Below are positions 29,193-38,376 of a stretch of DNA of 64,000 nucleotides, piece by piece (within the stretch, counting starts at the first letter, position 1; each line of letters begins with the position of its first letter). This DNA comes from Dehalococcoidia bacterium (GTDB taxonomy: Bacteria; Chloroflexota; Dehalococcoidia; Plut-88900). Both the position numbers and the translations under genes were made by a program. Under the pieces are notes generated by a model. It made no database searches. It saw nothing but the letters and a program-made list of their open reading frames with translations, and was not told the origin of the DNA. The stretch is taken from the NCBI GenBank assembly GCA_965197585.1, contig OZ240215.1:3200001-3264000 (forward strand), written 5' to 3'.

Positions 29193-30061
29193 CGCCGCAC
29201 CAGGTTGCGGAGCATGGTTTCAGACCAGACCTGTGCCGTGAGTCCCAGCTTCTCCCTGGAGCTAAGCGCTATTCGTTCGCCGAAAACGTTGTAGTCCCGC
29301 GCCTCAATCCTGTCCAGGAGCTTCGAATATAGGGCCTGCAGTACGGCAGGGCAGAGCCGGGACCGGGGGGCCAGCAGGGGAAGAAGCCCTGCGCTCCTTT
29401 CGAAGTAGTCCCGTGCCCGGTTGACCTGCTGCACCATCATCGCCCGGAACTCGGGCCCCGTGGTCCCGGCCTGAAGTGACTCGGGAGTCACCCCGTGCTC
29501 CGCCAACTCGTTCTGAGGCAGATACACCCTGCCTCGCCCGCAGTCCTCCTCGATGTCCCGTAGGATGTTCGTCAGCTGCATGGCTATCCCCATGTCGGTG
29601 GCGAACTCCTTGGCCCTTGAATCCGTGTACTCGAAGATCTCAATGCAGACCAGCCCGACCACCGACGCAACGCGGTAGCAGTATTGGTATAGATCCTCGA
29701 AATTCTGGTAGCTGTGGGTCACCAGGTCCATCTCCACGCCGTCGATGATCTCGTGAAAGTAGTCCTTGGAGATGCCGAACTTACGGCACGAGTCCAACAG
29801 GGCAACGAACAGGGGAGACTCTGGGTTTCCTTCAAAAGCCTCGTCCAGTTGCCGGTGCAGACCCGTGAGCAGCGCCGCCTTCTCGTCTAAGGGGATTTCC
29901 TCGTCGCTGTAGTCGTCTGATAGGCGGCAGAAAGCATATGCTGCGTAGATGGCCTTCCGTTTCTCTTTCGGGAGAGTGATGAAGGCGTAATAGAAGTTTC
30001 GTGCCCTACTCCGCGTTAGGTCGGTGCAGTAGGCGTAAGATTCTTCCAGGGTAGGAAGCAA
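29186..30061 (-). CDS. hpnD: Squalene/phytoene synthase family protein, HpnD-like (presqualene diphosphate synthase)
   Basis: NFYYAF, YAFCR..DD..D, YCYRVASVVG, QLTNILRD, GRVYLP. Confidence 0.85.
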   Translation of the reverse strand: MLPTLEESYAYCTDLTRSRARNFYYAFITLPKEKRKAIYAAYAFCRLSDDYSDEEIPLDEKAALLTGLHRQLDEAFEGNPESPLFVALLDSCRKFGISKDYFHEIIDGVEMDLVTHSYQNFEDLYQYCYRVASVVGLVCIEIFEYTDSRAKEFATDMGIAMQLTNILRDIEEDCGRGRVYLPQNELAEHGVTPESLQAGTTGPEFRAMMVQQVNRARDYFERSAGLLPLLAPRSRLCPAVLQALYSKLLDRIEARDYNVFGERIALSSREKLGLTAQVWSETMLRNLVRRW

Positions 30062-30065
30062 GGCC

Positions 30066-32069
30066 CTAGTCCCCGTTCAGGGCCCGGCGATAGCGCCCCA
30101 GAGCGAGGAGGGGGAAATAGATCCTGTACATGTGGTACTTGATCATGAAGTCCCTGGGGAAACCCGTCCCGGTGAAATAGTCCTCGGGCCACGTTCCATC
30201 CGAGCCTTGCGTTGCCAGGAGATATTCTACGCCCCTGCGGGCCTCCGTGCTGTCGGCCTTGTTGGCGGATATGAGGCCCAGCAATGCCCAGGACGTCTGG
30301 GATGCCGTGCTCGGCCCCCGACCCCTCAGAGACGGGTCATCGTAGGAGGCGCAGGTCTCCCCCCAGCCGCCATCTTCGTTCTGGTGTGCTCTCAGCCACT
30401 CCACGGCCTTCTGGACATATGGGCTGTTCATGTCCTCGCCCAGGGCCTCGAGCGCGGGCAGCACTGCCCCGACTCCATAAACGTAGTTCACGCCCCATCG
30501 CCCGAACCACGCCCCATCCTCTTCCTGCTCGTCTTTGATGTACCTCAGTCCGGCGGCAATCCGGGGGTCCGACTCAACGGTAAGGCCCCGCAGCCCGAGA
30601 AGCTCTAGGATATGGGCCGTCACGTCTACACTTGGCGGATCGATCACCTCTCCGAAGTCACAGAAGGGAATCTGGGTAACCAGGGTGCGCGTATTGTTCT
30701 TGTCGAACGCCCCCCACCCCCCGTTTCGGCTCTGCATCCCCATTATCCATTCGATACCGCGGTCTATGGCCCGTTCGCTTGCGATGGGGTCCAACACTAC
30801 CTTGGTCAGGGCGATGGCAACTTCTGCCGCATCATCTATGTCGGGATACCATTCGTTGTCAAACTCGAAGGCCCAGCCCCCGGGCTTGAGCCCCGGGCTT
30901 TTCACTGCCCAGTCCCCCTCTTTCGTGATCTGCACTTCCAGCAGCCACTCCCCGGCCCTCACCAGGGCCGGGTGCTGGCGTGACATCCCCGACTCCTCGA
31001 GGGCGATTACAACCCACGCCGTGTCCCACACTGGACTGATGCACGACTGGGTCCTGAAAATATCATCCTCTTCGATACCGAAAGTATTGAAGGCCTCCAG
31101 CCCCTTGGCCATCACGGGGTGCTCTATCGGGTAGCCGAGACAGTCCAGGGCGATAAGGGAGTAGACCCAAGGCGGCTGGATGCCGGCCCAGGCCCCGTTC
31201 GCTTCCTGGTGCTCCAGTATCCATTCCTCCGCCTTCTTGATGGCCAGGGCCCGGGTTGGCCGCAGAGGCCACTTGTCCCCGATCTTGATCATCCTGTCCA
31301 GTCCCATGAATGCACGCTTCCAGCTGACCAGTCCGGGTTCGCCCCTGACCGTGTAGCTTAAGCGCCCCGCGTCCGGCGGGATCAGCTCGTCGATCTTTGC
31401 GTAATCCGGTACGCTTCGCACGGGCCTCTTGTCCATGATGATGGTCATGGGCACTATCGTGCCCCGGGCCCAGGATGAGAACTCGTAGATGTTGAAGGGG
31501 AACCACGTTGGCAGGAGGAACATCTCCGGCGGCATAGCCGGGATGGCGTCCCAACTCCACTCCCCGAGCATGGCGAGCCAGATTTTCGTGAAGTTCCGAA
31601 CTTTGGGAAGGCCTCCCTCGGAGAGGATGAACTGCTTAGCTTTGACCATTCGAGGGTCGTCTGCGGAAATGCCGGCGAGCTTCAGCGCGAAATACGCCTC
31701 CACGGTGATATTCAAGTCTCCGGGACCTCCGTAATACACGGCCCAGGTGCCGTCCTCCCTCTGGCAGCTCAGCAGATATCGGGAGACCTGCGCCCACCGA
31801 CGCTTTTCGCCTATGCCCAGGAAGTGAGTGAGCATCAGGTATTCCGCGGTAATGGTTGCGTTGGACTCCAGCTCCCCCCACCAGTACCCCTCCCTGTATT
31901 GCGTGTCCAGCAAATGCTCCTGGCAATTCCTGATCGCCGACTCCAGCGCCAGCCCATCCACAACCCCATTCCTGTGGCCGTTGACCTTTCCATTGCCTTG
32001 GCCATTCGCCTTGCCGTTAGTCTGGCCTCCGACATAAAACCGTCTGATTTCGGGGGCCCTCTGTCTCAT
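30066..32069 (-). CDS. shc: Squalene-hopene cyclase (start taken at ATG 32069, ATGA overlap with hpnA)
   Basis: YPDIDD catalytic motif, QW repeats (QREDGTW, QSRNGGW, QNEDGGW), SPVWDT, GRWGVNY, TGTGFP. Confidence 0.96.
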   Translation of the reverse strand: MRQRAPEIRRFYVGGQTNGKANGQGNGKVNGHRNGVVDGLALESAIRNCQEHLLDTQYREGYWWGELESNATITAEYLMLTHFLGIGEKRRWAQVSRYLLSCQREDGTWAVYYGGPGDLNITVEAYFALKLAGISADDPRMVKAKQFILSEGGLPKVRNFTKIWLAMLGEWSWDAIPAMPPEMFLLPTWFPFNIYEFSSWARGTIVPMTIIMDKRPVRSVPDYAKIDELIPPDAGRLSYTVRGEPGLVSWKRAFMGLDRMIKIGDKWPLRPTRALAIKKAEEWILEHQEANGAWAGIQPPWVYSLIALDCLGYPIEHPVMAKGLEAFNTFGIEEDDIFRTQSCISPVWDTAWVVIALEESGMSRQHPALVRAGEWLLEVQITKEGDWAVKSPGLKPGGWAFEFDNEWYPDIDDAAEVAIALTKVVLDPIASERAIDRGIEWIMGMQSRNGGWGAFDKNNTRTLVTQIPFCDFGEVIDPPSVDVTAHILELLGLRGLTVESDPRIAAGLRYIKDEQEEDGAWFGRWGVNYVYGVGAVLPALEALGEDMNSPYVQKAVEWLRAHQNEDGGWGETCASYDDPSLRGRGPSTASQTSWALLGLISANKADSTEARRGVEYLLATQGSDGTWPEDYFTGTGFPRDFMIKYHMYRIYFPLLALGRYRRALNGD

Positions 32070-33064
32070 GCCGCCACCCCCAGGGGGGCCCGGCTCCGGA
32101 ACCACGAGACTGCATCGCTCAGGGCAGTCTCGATAGGCGTCTGCGGCATCCCGAGCTCGGAGACGGCCTTTGAGGAGTCGAAGTACATCGGATGTCGGGC
32201 CATCCTCACTCCCGCCAACGGTATGCGAGGCTGCTTGCTCAGCAGCTTCACTGAAAGCAGTTGGTCGACGTGGGCCAGGGTCATGGCCAGCCCATAGGGG
32301 AGCTTGAACCGGGGCACGGGCATGCCGGCCGCGCTCCCCAGAGCTTTGAAAAGCTCTTTCAGGGTCAGATTTCGGTTGCCCAAGATATATCTTTCGCCGG
32401 TGCGGCCCTTCTCAAAGGCTAATATGTGCCCCCGAGCCACGTCCCGGACGTCAGCGACATTCATTCCCGTGTCTATGTAGGCCGGCATCCGACCCTTGAT
32501 AAAGTCCAGTACGATCCGACCTGTCGGGGTCGGCTTGGGGTCCCACGGCCCGATTGGTGCCGTAGGATTCACGATGACCAGGTCCAACCCCCGACTGCAG
32601 AACGCCAGCGCCTGCTCTTCAGCTATGAACTTTGACCGGTGATATCCGTCCACAATCTCGTCCAGCGAGGAGGAAGATCTCTCGTTGGGGACGGGCCCGC
32701 CCTTCCAGTGCCCGAACACCGAGGCCGTGCTCGTATACACAACCCTGTCCACCGCCGCCTCTATCGCCGCCTCTAGGATGTTCGTAGTGCCGTCCACGTT
32801 GGTCTTGACGAAGTCTCCGGGGTCTGGACTCCATAGGCTGTATAGTGCCGCCGTGTGAAACAACGCCTCGCGGCCCTTCATCGCACCGGTCAACGATCCC
32901 CGGTCCCGCAGATCTCCGATAGCGACCTCGACGTCCAGGTCTTTGAGGGCCGACATGTCGGCTTCCGGGCGGCACAGCGCCCGAACCTCGTGGCCGTCCT
33001 TCAGCAATTCCCTGACCAGGTTGCCGCCAATGAAACCCGTGGCCCCGGTTACCAAGGCTTTCAA
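32066..33064 (-). CDS. hpnA: Hopanoid-associated sugar epimerase (extended SDR)
   Basis: TGATGFIG, YHRSK, NPTAPIGPWDPKPTPTG; position in the hpn operon. Confidence 0.9.
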   Translation of the reverse strand: MKALVTGATGFIGGNLVRELLKDGHEVRALCRPEADMSALKDLDVEVAIGDLRDRGSLTGAMKGREALFHTAALYSLWSPDPGDFVKTNVDGTTNILEAAIEAAVDRVVYTSTASVFGHWKGGPVPNERSSSSLDEIVDGYHRSKFIAEEQALAFCSRGLDLVIVNPTAPIGPWDPKPTPTGRIVLDFIKGRMPAYIDTGMNVADVRDVARGHILAFEKGRTGERYILGNRNLTLKELFKALGSAAGMPVPRFKLPYGLAMTLAHVDQLLSVKLLSKQPRIPLAGVRMARHPMYFDSSKAVSELGMPQTPIETALSDAVSWFRSRAPLGVAA

Positions 33065-33100
33065 ATCGCCCTCGGCTCCTTGAATATTCCGTCGGCTGGT

Positions 33101-33847
33101 TCAGTTGACAAAGAGAAAGCTCCTGATGAATCCGTTGAGGGCCCTGTCCGCCGCCCGCGCCTTCAGCCCGAGCCCCGACAGTCTCCACACCTCGCTAGGA
33201 TGACTCACGACGTATCCAAGCCCTCGTGCCACCGAGACCCGCCCCTCCTCATGTAGAGTGTCCAGCCCCTCCGGAAGCCGCATTTCCACGGGGTCCAATA
33301 TCGCCCTGACTGCAAGAAAAGGTAGCCCGTAGCGGGATACTGTCTTCGCCACGTGATAGGTCTCCATGTCCAGGGCTTGCACCCCGAGACTCTCGCCCAA
33401 CTGTCTTTTCACATCCGGCTCAGTCACTACTCGCGAAACAGTCCCGATCTTCCCAATCTGGTATCGTACGCCCGACCGTGACAGCGCCGACTCCGCTCTC
33501 GCCAATAAAGCAGGGTCGAGGGTAGTTGTGCCGGGTCCGCTCTCACTAACTCCGGAGTCGTCCACCAGGCACGTCTCCGCGCCCAGCACCAGGTCACCGG
33601 TCCTGAGACCCTGCGAAGCTGCCCCCGCATAGCCCAGGGCCAGTATCTCCGTCACCCCGTGCTCTCTAGTTAGCTCAGAGACCACGCTCTCCGTCCTCCC
33701 CGCCCTTATCCCAACGGTTGATACGAGAACGCCCGTATCTCCAATCACGCCTTTCAGCAAGCGCCCGCGTCCGTTCACCGGCGAGGCTTGTATAGCCTTC
33801 GCGAAGGAGGATGCCTCCCTCGGCATGGCGGTTAACACCGCTAGCAC
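33101..33847 (-). CDS. hpnG: Hopanoid-associated nucleoside phosphorylase/nucleosidase (start taken at GTG 33847)
   Basis: GYAGA, GDLV, LDMET, AVRAILD (PNP/MTAN fold); operon context. Confidence 0.8.
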   Translation of the reverse strand: MLAVLTAMPREASSFAKAIQASPVNGRGRLLKGVIGDTGVLVSTVGIRAGRTESVVSELTREHGVTEILALGYAGAASQGLRTGDLVLGAETCLVDDSGVSESGPGTTTLDPALLARAESALSRSGVRYQIGKIGTVSRVVTEPDVKRQLGESLGVQALDMETYHVAKTVSRYGLPFLAVRAILDPVEMRLPEGLDTLHEEGRVSVARGLGYVVSHPSEVWRLSGLGLKARAADRALNGFIRSFLFVN

Positions 33848-34203
33848 GTTGGGCTCACTTCCTCGGCTTCCCTCTCGTCCGCCCGAGCCTTGGCCTCTGT
33901 TTTCCTTCGTTGCCAAGCTTCCCAGGACTTGCCGACGGCAGTGTCCTTTCCCGAGAAGTTGACATTGGCTATCTCGGAGTACGGGAGGGTGAATGGCCCG
34001 CCCCCCGACGCATCAAAATATTCCAGAAACGGCTCTCGCGTCTCAATGTCCCTATTGAAGATGTACCCCTCGATAGCCGAGCCGTCGGTCTTCACGATAG
34101 TCGTGTTGCCGCGATAGTCGAAAGCCAGTTCAATGACCTGCTCGATGCTCAGCGTCTCGTCGAGGGCTGGTGTCCAGCCTTCCAGCGATTTCTGTTCCGC
34201 CAT
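33841..34203 (-). CDS. Hypothetical 120-aa protein inside the hpn operon (possible Sm/SH3-like barrel)
   Basis: AFDYRGNTTI..DG..IEGYIFNR; stop overlaps the hpnG start. Confidence 0.75.
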   Translation of the reverse strand: MAEQKSLEGWTPALDETLSIEQVIELAFDYRGNTTIVKTDGSAIEGYIFNRDIETREPFLEYFDASGGGPFTLPYSEIANVNFSGKDTAVGKSWEAWQRRKTEAKARADEREAEEVSPTC

Positions 34204-34227
34204 GTTTAAGCGCCCTTTGACTCGGGG

Positions 34228-35250
34228 CTAAAGTTTGCCGGAAATGGTGGCTGCTACGGAGCCTTTGAAACCCTTCCAGCTCGCGAACGTCTTGTCTACA
34301 GCCGTGGCCTCGAACCCGGAATGCACCATGCAGTCCTTGCACTTGGGGTTGCCGCTGGCCTTGCCGTAGTCTTCCCACTTGGTCTCTTCCAGTAGCTGTT
34401 TGAAGCTGTGGGCGTACCCTTCCTGCAGTAGGTAGCAGGGCCTCTGCCACCCGAAGACGTTGAAGGTCGGGTTGCCCCAGGGAGTGCATTCATAGTCTTG
34501 CTTGCCCATGAGGAACTGCAGGAACAGGGGAGATTGGTTGAACTTCCACTCCTTCTTCTTCTCGGCGAGGATCTCGGTGAAGAGTTGGTTGGTGTTCTGC
34601 TTTCGTAGGAAGTGCTCCTGGTCGGGGGCCTTCGAGTAGCTGTAACCAGGGGATACCATCATCCCCTCCACCCCCAACTCCGTCATCTCATCAAAGAACG
34701 CGCGCACCCGCAGGGGCTCGGCCCCTTCGAAGAGCGTGGTGTTCGTCGTGACCCGGAACCCGAGCGCCAGCGCATGCCTTGCAGCCTCGACAGCCTTGTC
34801 GTAGACCCCGTCCTGGCACACCGACTGGTCGTGGTCCTCCCTCAGTCCGTCCAGGTGAATGCTGAAGGTGAGGTACTTGGAGGGCTTGAACAGCCCCTCG
34901 TCCAGCTTCTTCTTAAGGAGAATGGCGTTTGTGCACAGATATATGTACTTCTTGCGCCGGACCAGCTCTTCAACAAGCTCGCCGATCTCCGGGTAGAGCA
35001 GGGGCTCGCCGCCGGGAATGCTCACTATGGGCGCGCCGCACTCCTCCACCGCCCCGAGACACTGCTCCACGCTGACCCGTTTCTTCAAAATCTGGGCCGG
35101 ATACTGGATCTTCCCGCAGCCTGCACAGGCTAGGTTGCACTTGAACAGCACCTCCAGCATCAGTACTAGCGGGTAGCGCTTTCTGCGCATCAACTTTTGC
35201 TTGAGCACGTGGCCCGTGACGGTCATCACCTGTGAAAGGGGTACGCCCAT
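34228..35250 (-). CDS. hpnH: Radical SAM adenosylhopane synthase
   Basis: YPLVLMLE, CNLACAGC, CTPWG, PCYL, CKDCMVHSGFE. Confidence 0.95.
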   Translation of the reverse strand: MGVPLSQVMTVTGHVLKQKLMRRKRYPLVLMLEVLFKCNLACAGCGKIQYPAQILKKRVSVEQCLGAVEECGAPIVSIPGGEPLLYPEIGELVEELVRRKKYIYLCTNAILLKKKLDEGLFKPSKYLTFSIHLDGLREDHDQSVCQDGVYDKAVEAARHALALGFRVTTNTTLFEGAEPLRVRAFFDEMTELGVEGMMVSPGYSYSKAPDQEHFLRKQNTNQLFTEILAEKKKEWKFNQSPLFLQFLMGKQDYECTPWGNPTFNVFGWQRPCYLLQEGYAHSFKQLLEETKWEDYGKASGNPKCKDCMVHSGFEATAVDKTFASWKGFKGSVAATISGKL

Positions 35251-35252
35251 GG

Positions 35253-36278
35253 TTAATGCTCTCTTTCTAGGAAGAATTTGGCGAGACCCCTGAGCTGGGA
35301 GTCCATGTCCTCGGCGAGGTTCAGGGCGTCAAGGCGGCGCATAGCCGAGTCCTTGTGTTCCGCGGCTAGGCCCTGGCAATAGTTCCGGGCCTCGGTCCTT
35401 TCGAGAATGGACAGGACTTTATTCACCTCGTCCTCGTTGGCCGGATCGCCGTTTCGGTATATCTCCTGCAGGGCCGTCCGGTCGGCTCCCTGGGCGGATT
35501 GAAGGGCGTGTACCACCGGCAGGCACATCTTCTTCCGCCGGATGTCAGAGGCTATGGGCTTCCCCAGCCGGTCCTCGTCTCCCCACACCCCGAGAACGTC
35601 GTCTCGGATCTGGAAGGCCAGGCCCATGTCTATTCCGAAGAGCCGCCAGGACTCCGCCGTCTCGGCGTCGCATCCGGCGAACAGTGCCCCAAGGTAGAAC
35701 GAGCATGCAAACAGCTCCCCCGTCTTCCTCTTGATCATCCCCAGGTACTGTTCCGTCGTTACGGCGGTGTTACGCTCGTAGGTAATGTCCAGGAACTGCC
35801 CCTCGATCATTGCAAGGGATGCAGATTCCAACCCCTCGACTGCAAGGCGGATTTGGGTGGCCGACTGAGAGGAGTCCACACCCTTGACCAGGGTCAGCGC
35901 TGCGAGGCCCCTCATGGAGTCTCCTGCATTGATGCCCTGGGCCAGGCCCCACTTGTGCCACACCGTGTCCCGATGTCGGCGCTGGGTGTCCCCGTCTTGA
36001 ATGTCGTCGTGGATCAGGGAAAAGTTGTGTACCAGTTCCATGGCTGCGGCCGCATTAAGGGCCTTGCGCCAGTCGCCGCCCGCAGCCTGGCAGGCGAAGA
36101 GGCACATCATGGGTCTTAGGCCCTTGCCTTGCCCGTTAGAAGGCCGACCCTCGGCGTCGATCCACCCTAGGTGATATCGCTGCATCTCGTAGATGCCCAA
36201 GTCCCGCCCTTCAAAGGCCGACCTGAGGGTAGCGTCGAGAGATTCCTTATATGTGTCGAAGACTGCGGGTAGCGTCAT
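35253..36278 (-). CDS. Trans-polyprenyl diphosphate synthase (IspA-like; start taken at ATG 36278)
   Basis: GKGLRP, HDDIQD, GQFLD, KT, FQIRDD, K.PI.SDI..K. Confidence 0.92.
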   Translation of the reverse strand: MTLPAVFDTYKESLDATLRSAFEGRDLGIYEMQRYHLGWIDAEGRPSNGQGKGLRPMMCLFACQAAGGDWRKALNAAAAMELVHNFSLIHDDIQDGDTQRRHRDTVWHKWGLAQGINAGDSMRGLAALTLVKGVDSSQSATQIRLAVEGLESASLAMIEGQFLDITYERNTAVTTEQYLGMIKRKTGELFACSFYLGALFAGCDAETAESWRLFGIDMGLAFQIRDDVLGVWGDEDRLGKPIASDIRRKKMCLPVVHALQSAQGADRTALQEIYRNGDPANEDEVNKVLSILERTEARNYCQGLAAEHKDSAMRRLDALNLAEDMDSQLRGLAKFFLEREH

Positions 36279-36307
36279 ATAGCTTCGAGAAGTTCTGTTA
36301 GGTGGGC

Positions 36308-38224
36308 CTACTGCCCTGTCCTGTTCTTCGCCATAGTTCGTTGTTCCGAGCCCTTCGGAAACAGCTCGGGAAAGTCCCCCCTGATGGAACTGGCGATGCC
36401 CTGCGCAGTGAGCCCCAGCATTTCCAGTAGCTCCGACCGAACACCATGCTCGATGAACCTGTCCGGCACGCCGAGTTTCTTCACCTTCGCTCCCCTGGGC
36501 ATCGCGTTTTCTATCAGCGAAAGCACGCGGGACCCGAAACCGCCGCTTATCATGTGCTCTTCCACAGTGACGGCCCGACCCGTTTTGGCAACGCTGTCCA
36601 GTATCAGTTTTTCGTCCAGTGGGTTTATAAACCGGGCGTTCAGAACCGTACACTCAATGCCCTCGGCCGCAAGGGCTTCCGCGGCTTCCATAGCCGGGTA
36701 GACCATCGAGCCGATGGCGATGATAGTCAGGTCCTTGCCCTCCCTCAACTCCTCGCCCTTGCCGATCTCCATGAGATGAGGTTCAGAGGCCAGCGGTACC
36801 CCGTATCCCGTCCCTCGCGGGTAGCGGAGAGCGGTGGGGCCATTTCGCTGGACAGCCGTGTAGAGCAGGTGCTGAAGCTCGTCTTCGTCCTTCGGAGACG
36901 CCATTACGATGTTCGGCAGAGAACCCATGAAGGCAATGTCAAAGATGCCCTGGTGAGTCCTCCCGTCCTCCCCGACCAGCCCCGCCCTGTCCACTCCGAT
37001 GATCACCGGCAGGTCCTGTAGGCATACGTCGTGCAGGATCTGGTCGTAAGCCCTCTGCATGAATGTCGAATATATGGCCACCACCGGCTTCAAGCCGCCG
37101 CGGGCCATCCCCGCAGCTACGGTAACGGCGTGCTGTTCTGCTACGCCCACGTCGAAAATCCGCTTGGGAAAACGTTTCTCGACCTGCTTGAGCCCCGTGC
37201 CCTCGAGCATGGCAGCGCTGATGCCGACCACCGCGGGGTTCGCTTCCATCAGCTTCTCCATCGTGTCGGCGAAGACCTTGGAATAGGTCGGCGCCCCGGA
37301 TCCCGCCCCAATGGGCGAGCTTGGCTGGTGGAACTTGATGGGGTCCAGCTCTGCAGGCTCGTGCCCCCGGCCCTTGTGGGTCACCACGTGTACCAGGGGC
37401 GGCCTGTCGTGGTATTTCATAGCGTCCCGCAGGACGGTTTCCAGTTCCTCGATATCATGGCCGTCAATGGGGCCTATGTAGCGGAAGCCTATCTCTTCCC
37501 AGATCCTGTAGGGGATGATGATCCCCTCCAGGCTGCTCTTGATGCGGCTGGCCAGCCTCCAGACTAGCTCTCCCTGGGGCAGGGCCTTGGCCAGGTTGCG
37601 TCCCCCTTCTACCAGGGCTCGGTACTCTGGATTCAGGGTGATCCGATTCCGCCAGTTAGTGAGCCAGCCCACGTTCTCGGAGATGGACATCCCGTTGTCA
37701 TTCAGGATGACCATAAGGTTCTCAGGACTGTCCTGGGCTATGTTGTTCATCCCCTCGTAGCTGAGCCCCGCGGTCAATGCCCCATCCCCCACCACCCCGA
37801 CCACGTAGCCGCCCTGGTGCGTAAGAGTGAGAGCCGTAGCTACTCCCGCAGCCGCCGACAACCCAGTCCCCGCATGCCCCGCTCCGAATATGTCATGGGG
37901 GCTTTCGTTAATCTCCGCAAAGCCCGATAGTCCGCCTTTGGTCCTGATATCGTCGAACCCGTCTTTGCGGCCCGTGACCAGCTTGTGCGTGTAGCACTGG
38001 TTGCTGGTGTCCCAGACAATCTTGTCCTGCGGGCTGTCCAGGATTCGGTGTAGAGCCAGTGTCAGCTCAACCACGCCCAGGTTGGACGCCATATGGCCAC
38101 CGTTCTTGCTCACCACCCGGATGATCGTCTCCCGAATCTCTTCGGCCAGGGTGCCCAGTTCCGCGTAGGAAAGACCCTTCAAGTCCTGGGGACTGTTTAC
38201 TTTGTCTAGTACGCTGTTTGCCAC
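36308..38224 (-). CDS. dxs: 1-deoxy-D-xylulose-5-phosphate synthase (start taken at GTG 38224)
   Basis: GGHMASNLG, GDGA..NDN TPP motif, AEQH, YSTF.QRAYDQ, DRAG. Confidence 0.96.
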   Translation of the reverse strand: MANSVLDKVNSPQDLKGLSYAELGTLAEEIRETIIRVVSKNGGHMASNLGVVELTLALHRILDSPQDKIVWDTSNQCYTHKLVTGRKDGFDDIRTKGGLSGFAEINESPHDIFGAGHAGTGLSAAAGVATALTLTHQGGYVVGVVGDGALTAGLSYEGMNNIAQDSPENLMVILNDNGMSISENVGWLTNWRNRITLNPEYRALVEGGRNLAKALPQGELVWRLASRIKSSLEGIIIPYRIWEEIGFRYIGPIDGHDIEELETVLRDAMKYHDRPPLVHVVTHKGRGHEPAELDPIKFHQPSSPIGAGSGAPTYSKVFADTMEKLMEANPAVVGISAAMLEGTGLKQVEKRFPKRIFDVGVAEQHAVTVAAGMARGGLKPVVAIYSTFMQRAYDQILHDVCLQDLPVIIGVDRAGLVGEDGRTHQGIFDIAFMGSLPNIVMASPKDEDELQHLLYTAVQRNGPTALRYPRGTGYGVPLASEPHLMEIGKGEELREGKDLTIIAIGSMVYPAMEAAEALAAEGIECTVLNARFINPLDEKLILDSVAKTGRAVTVEEHMISGGFGSRVLSLIENAMPRGAKVKKLGVPDRFIEHGVRSELLEMLGLTAQGIASSIRGDFPELFPKGSEQRTMAKNRTGQ

Positions 38225-38245
38225 GGGAACCTCTTGCTGCCTTGA

Positions 38246-38359
38246 TAAAAAAATGCCCGCCGATGTTGGCCTCGGCTTAAATAATGCCACATAGGCGGGC
38301 GGGGTGACTATATCGACAGCCGAGGTACTAGGCTAACATATGGCCTGAATAGGCGTCAA
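38246..38359 (-). promoter_or_regulatory. Promoter plus leader terminator (candidate attenuator) upstream of dxs
   Basis: TTGACG-N18-TAGCCT; GCCCGCC...GGCGGGC hairpin + A + T7 ending about 22 nt before the dxs start; competing CCTCGGCT/AGCCGAGG helix. Confidence 0.6.
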
Positions 38360-38376
38360 CGTGGACTACCCGAAAC

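Noticed and set aside
35253-36653. 466-aa prenyltransferase with a long N-terminal extension overlapping dxs
   Set aside because: The extension is an alternate frame of the dxs 3' end; the family-like sequence begins at ATG 36278.
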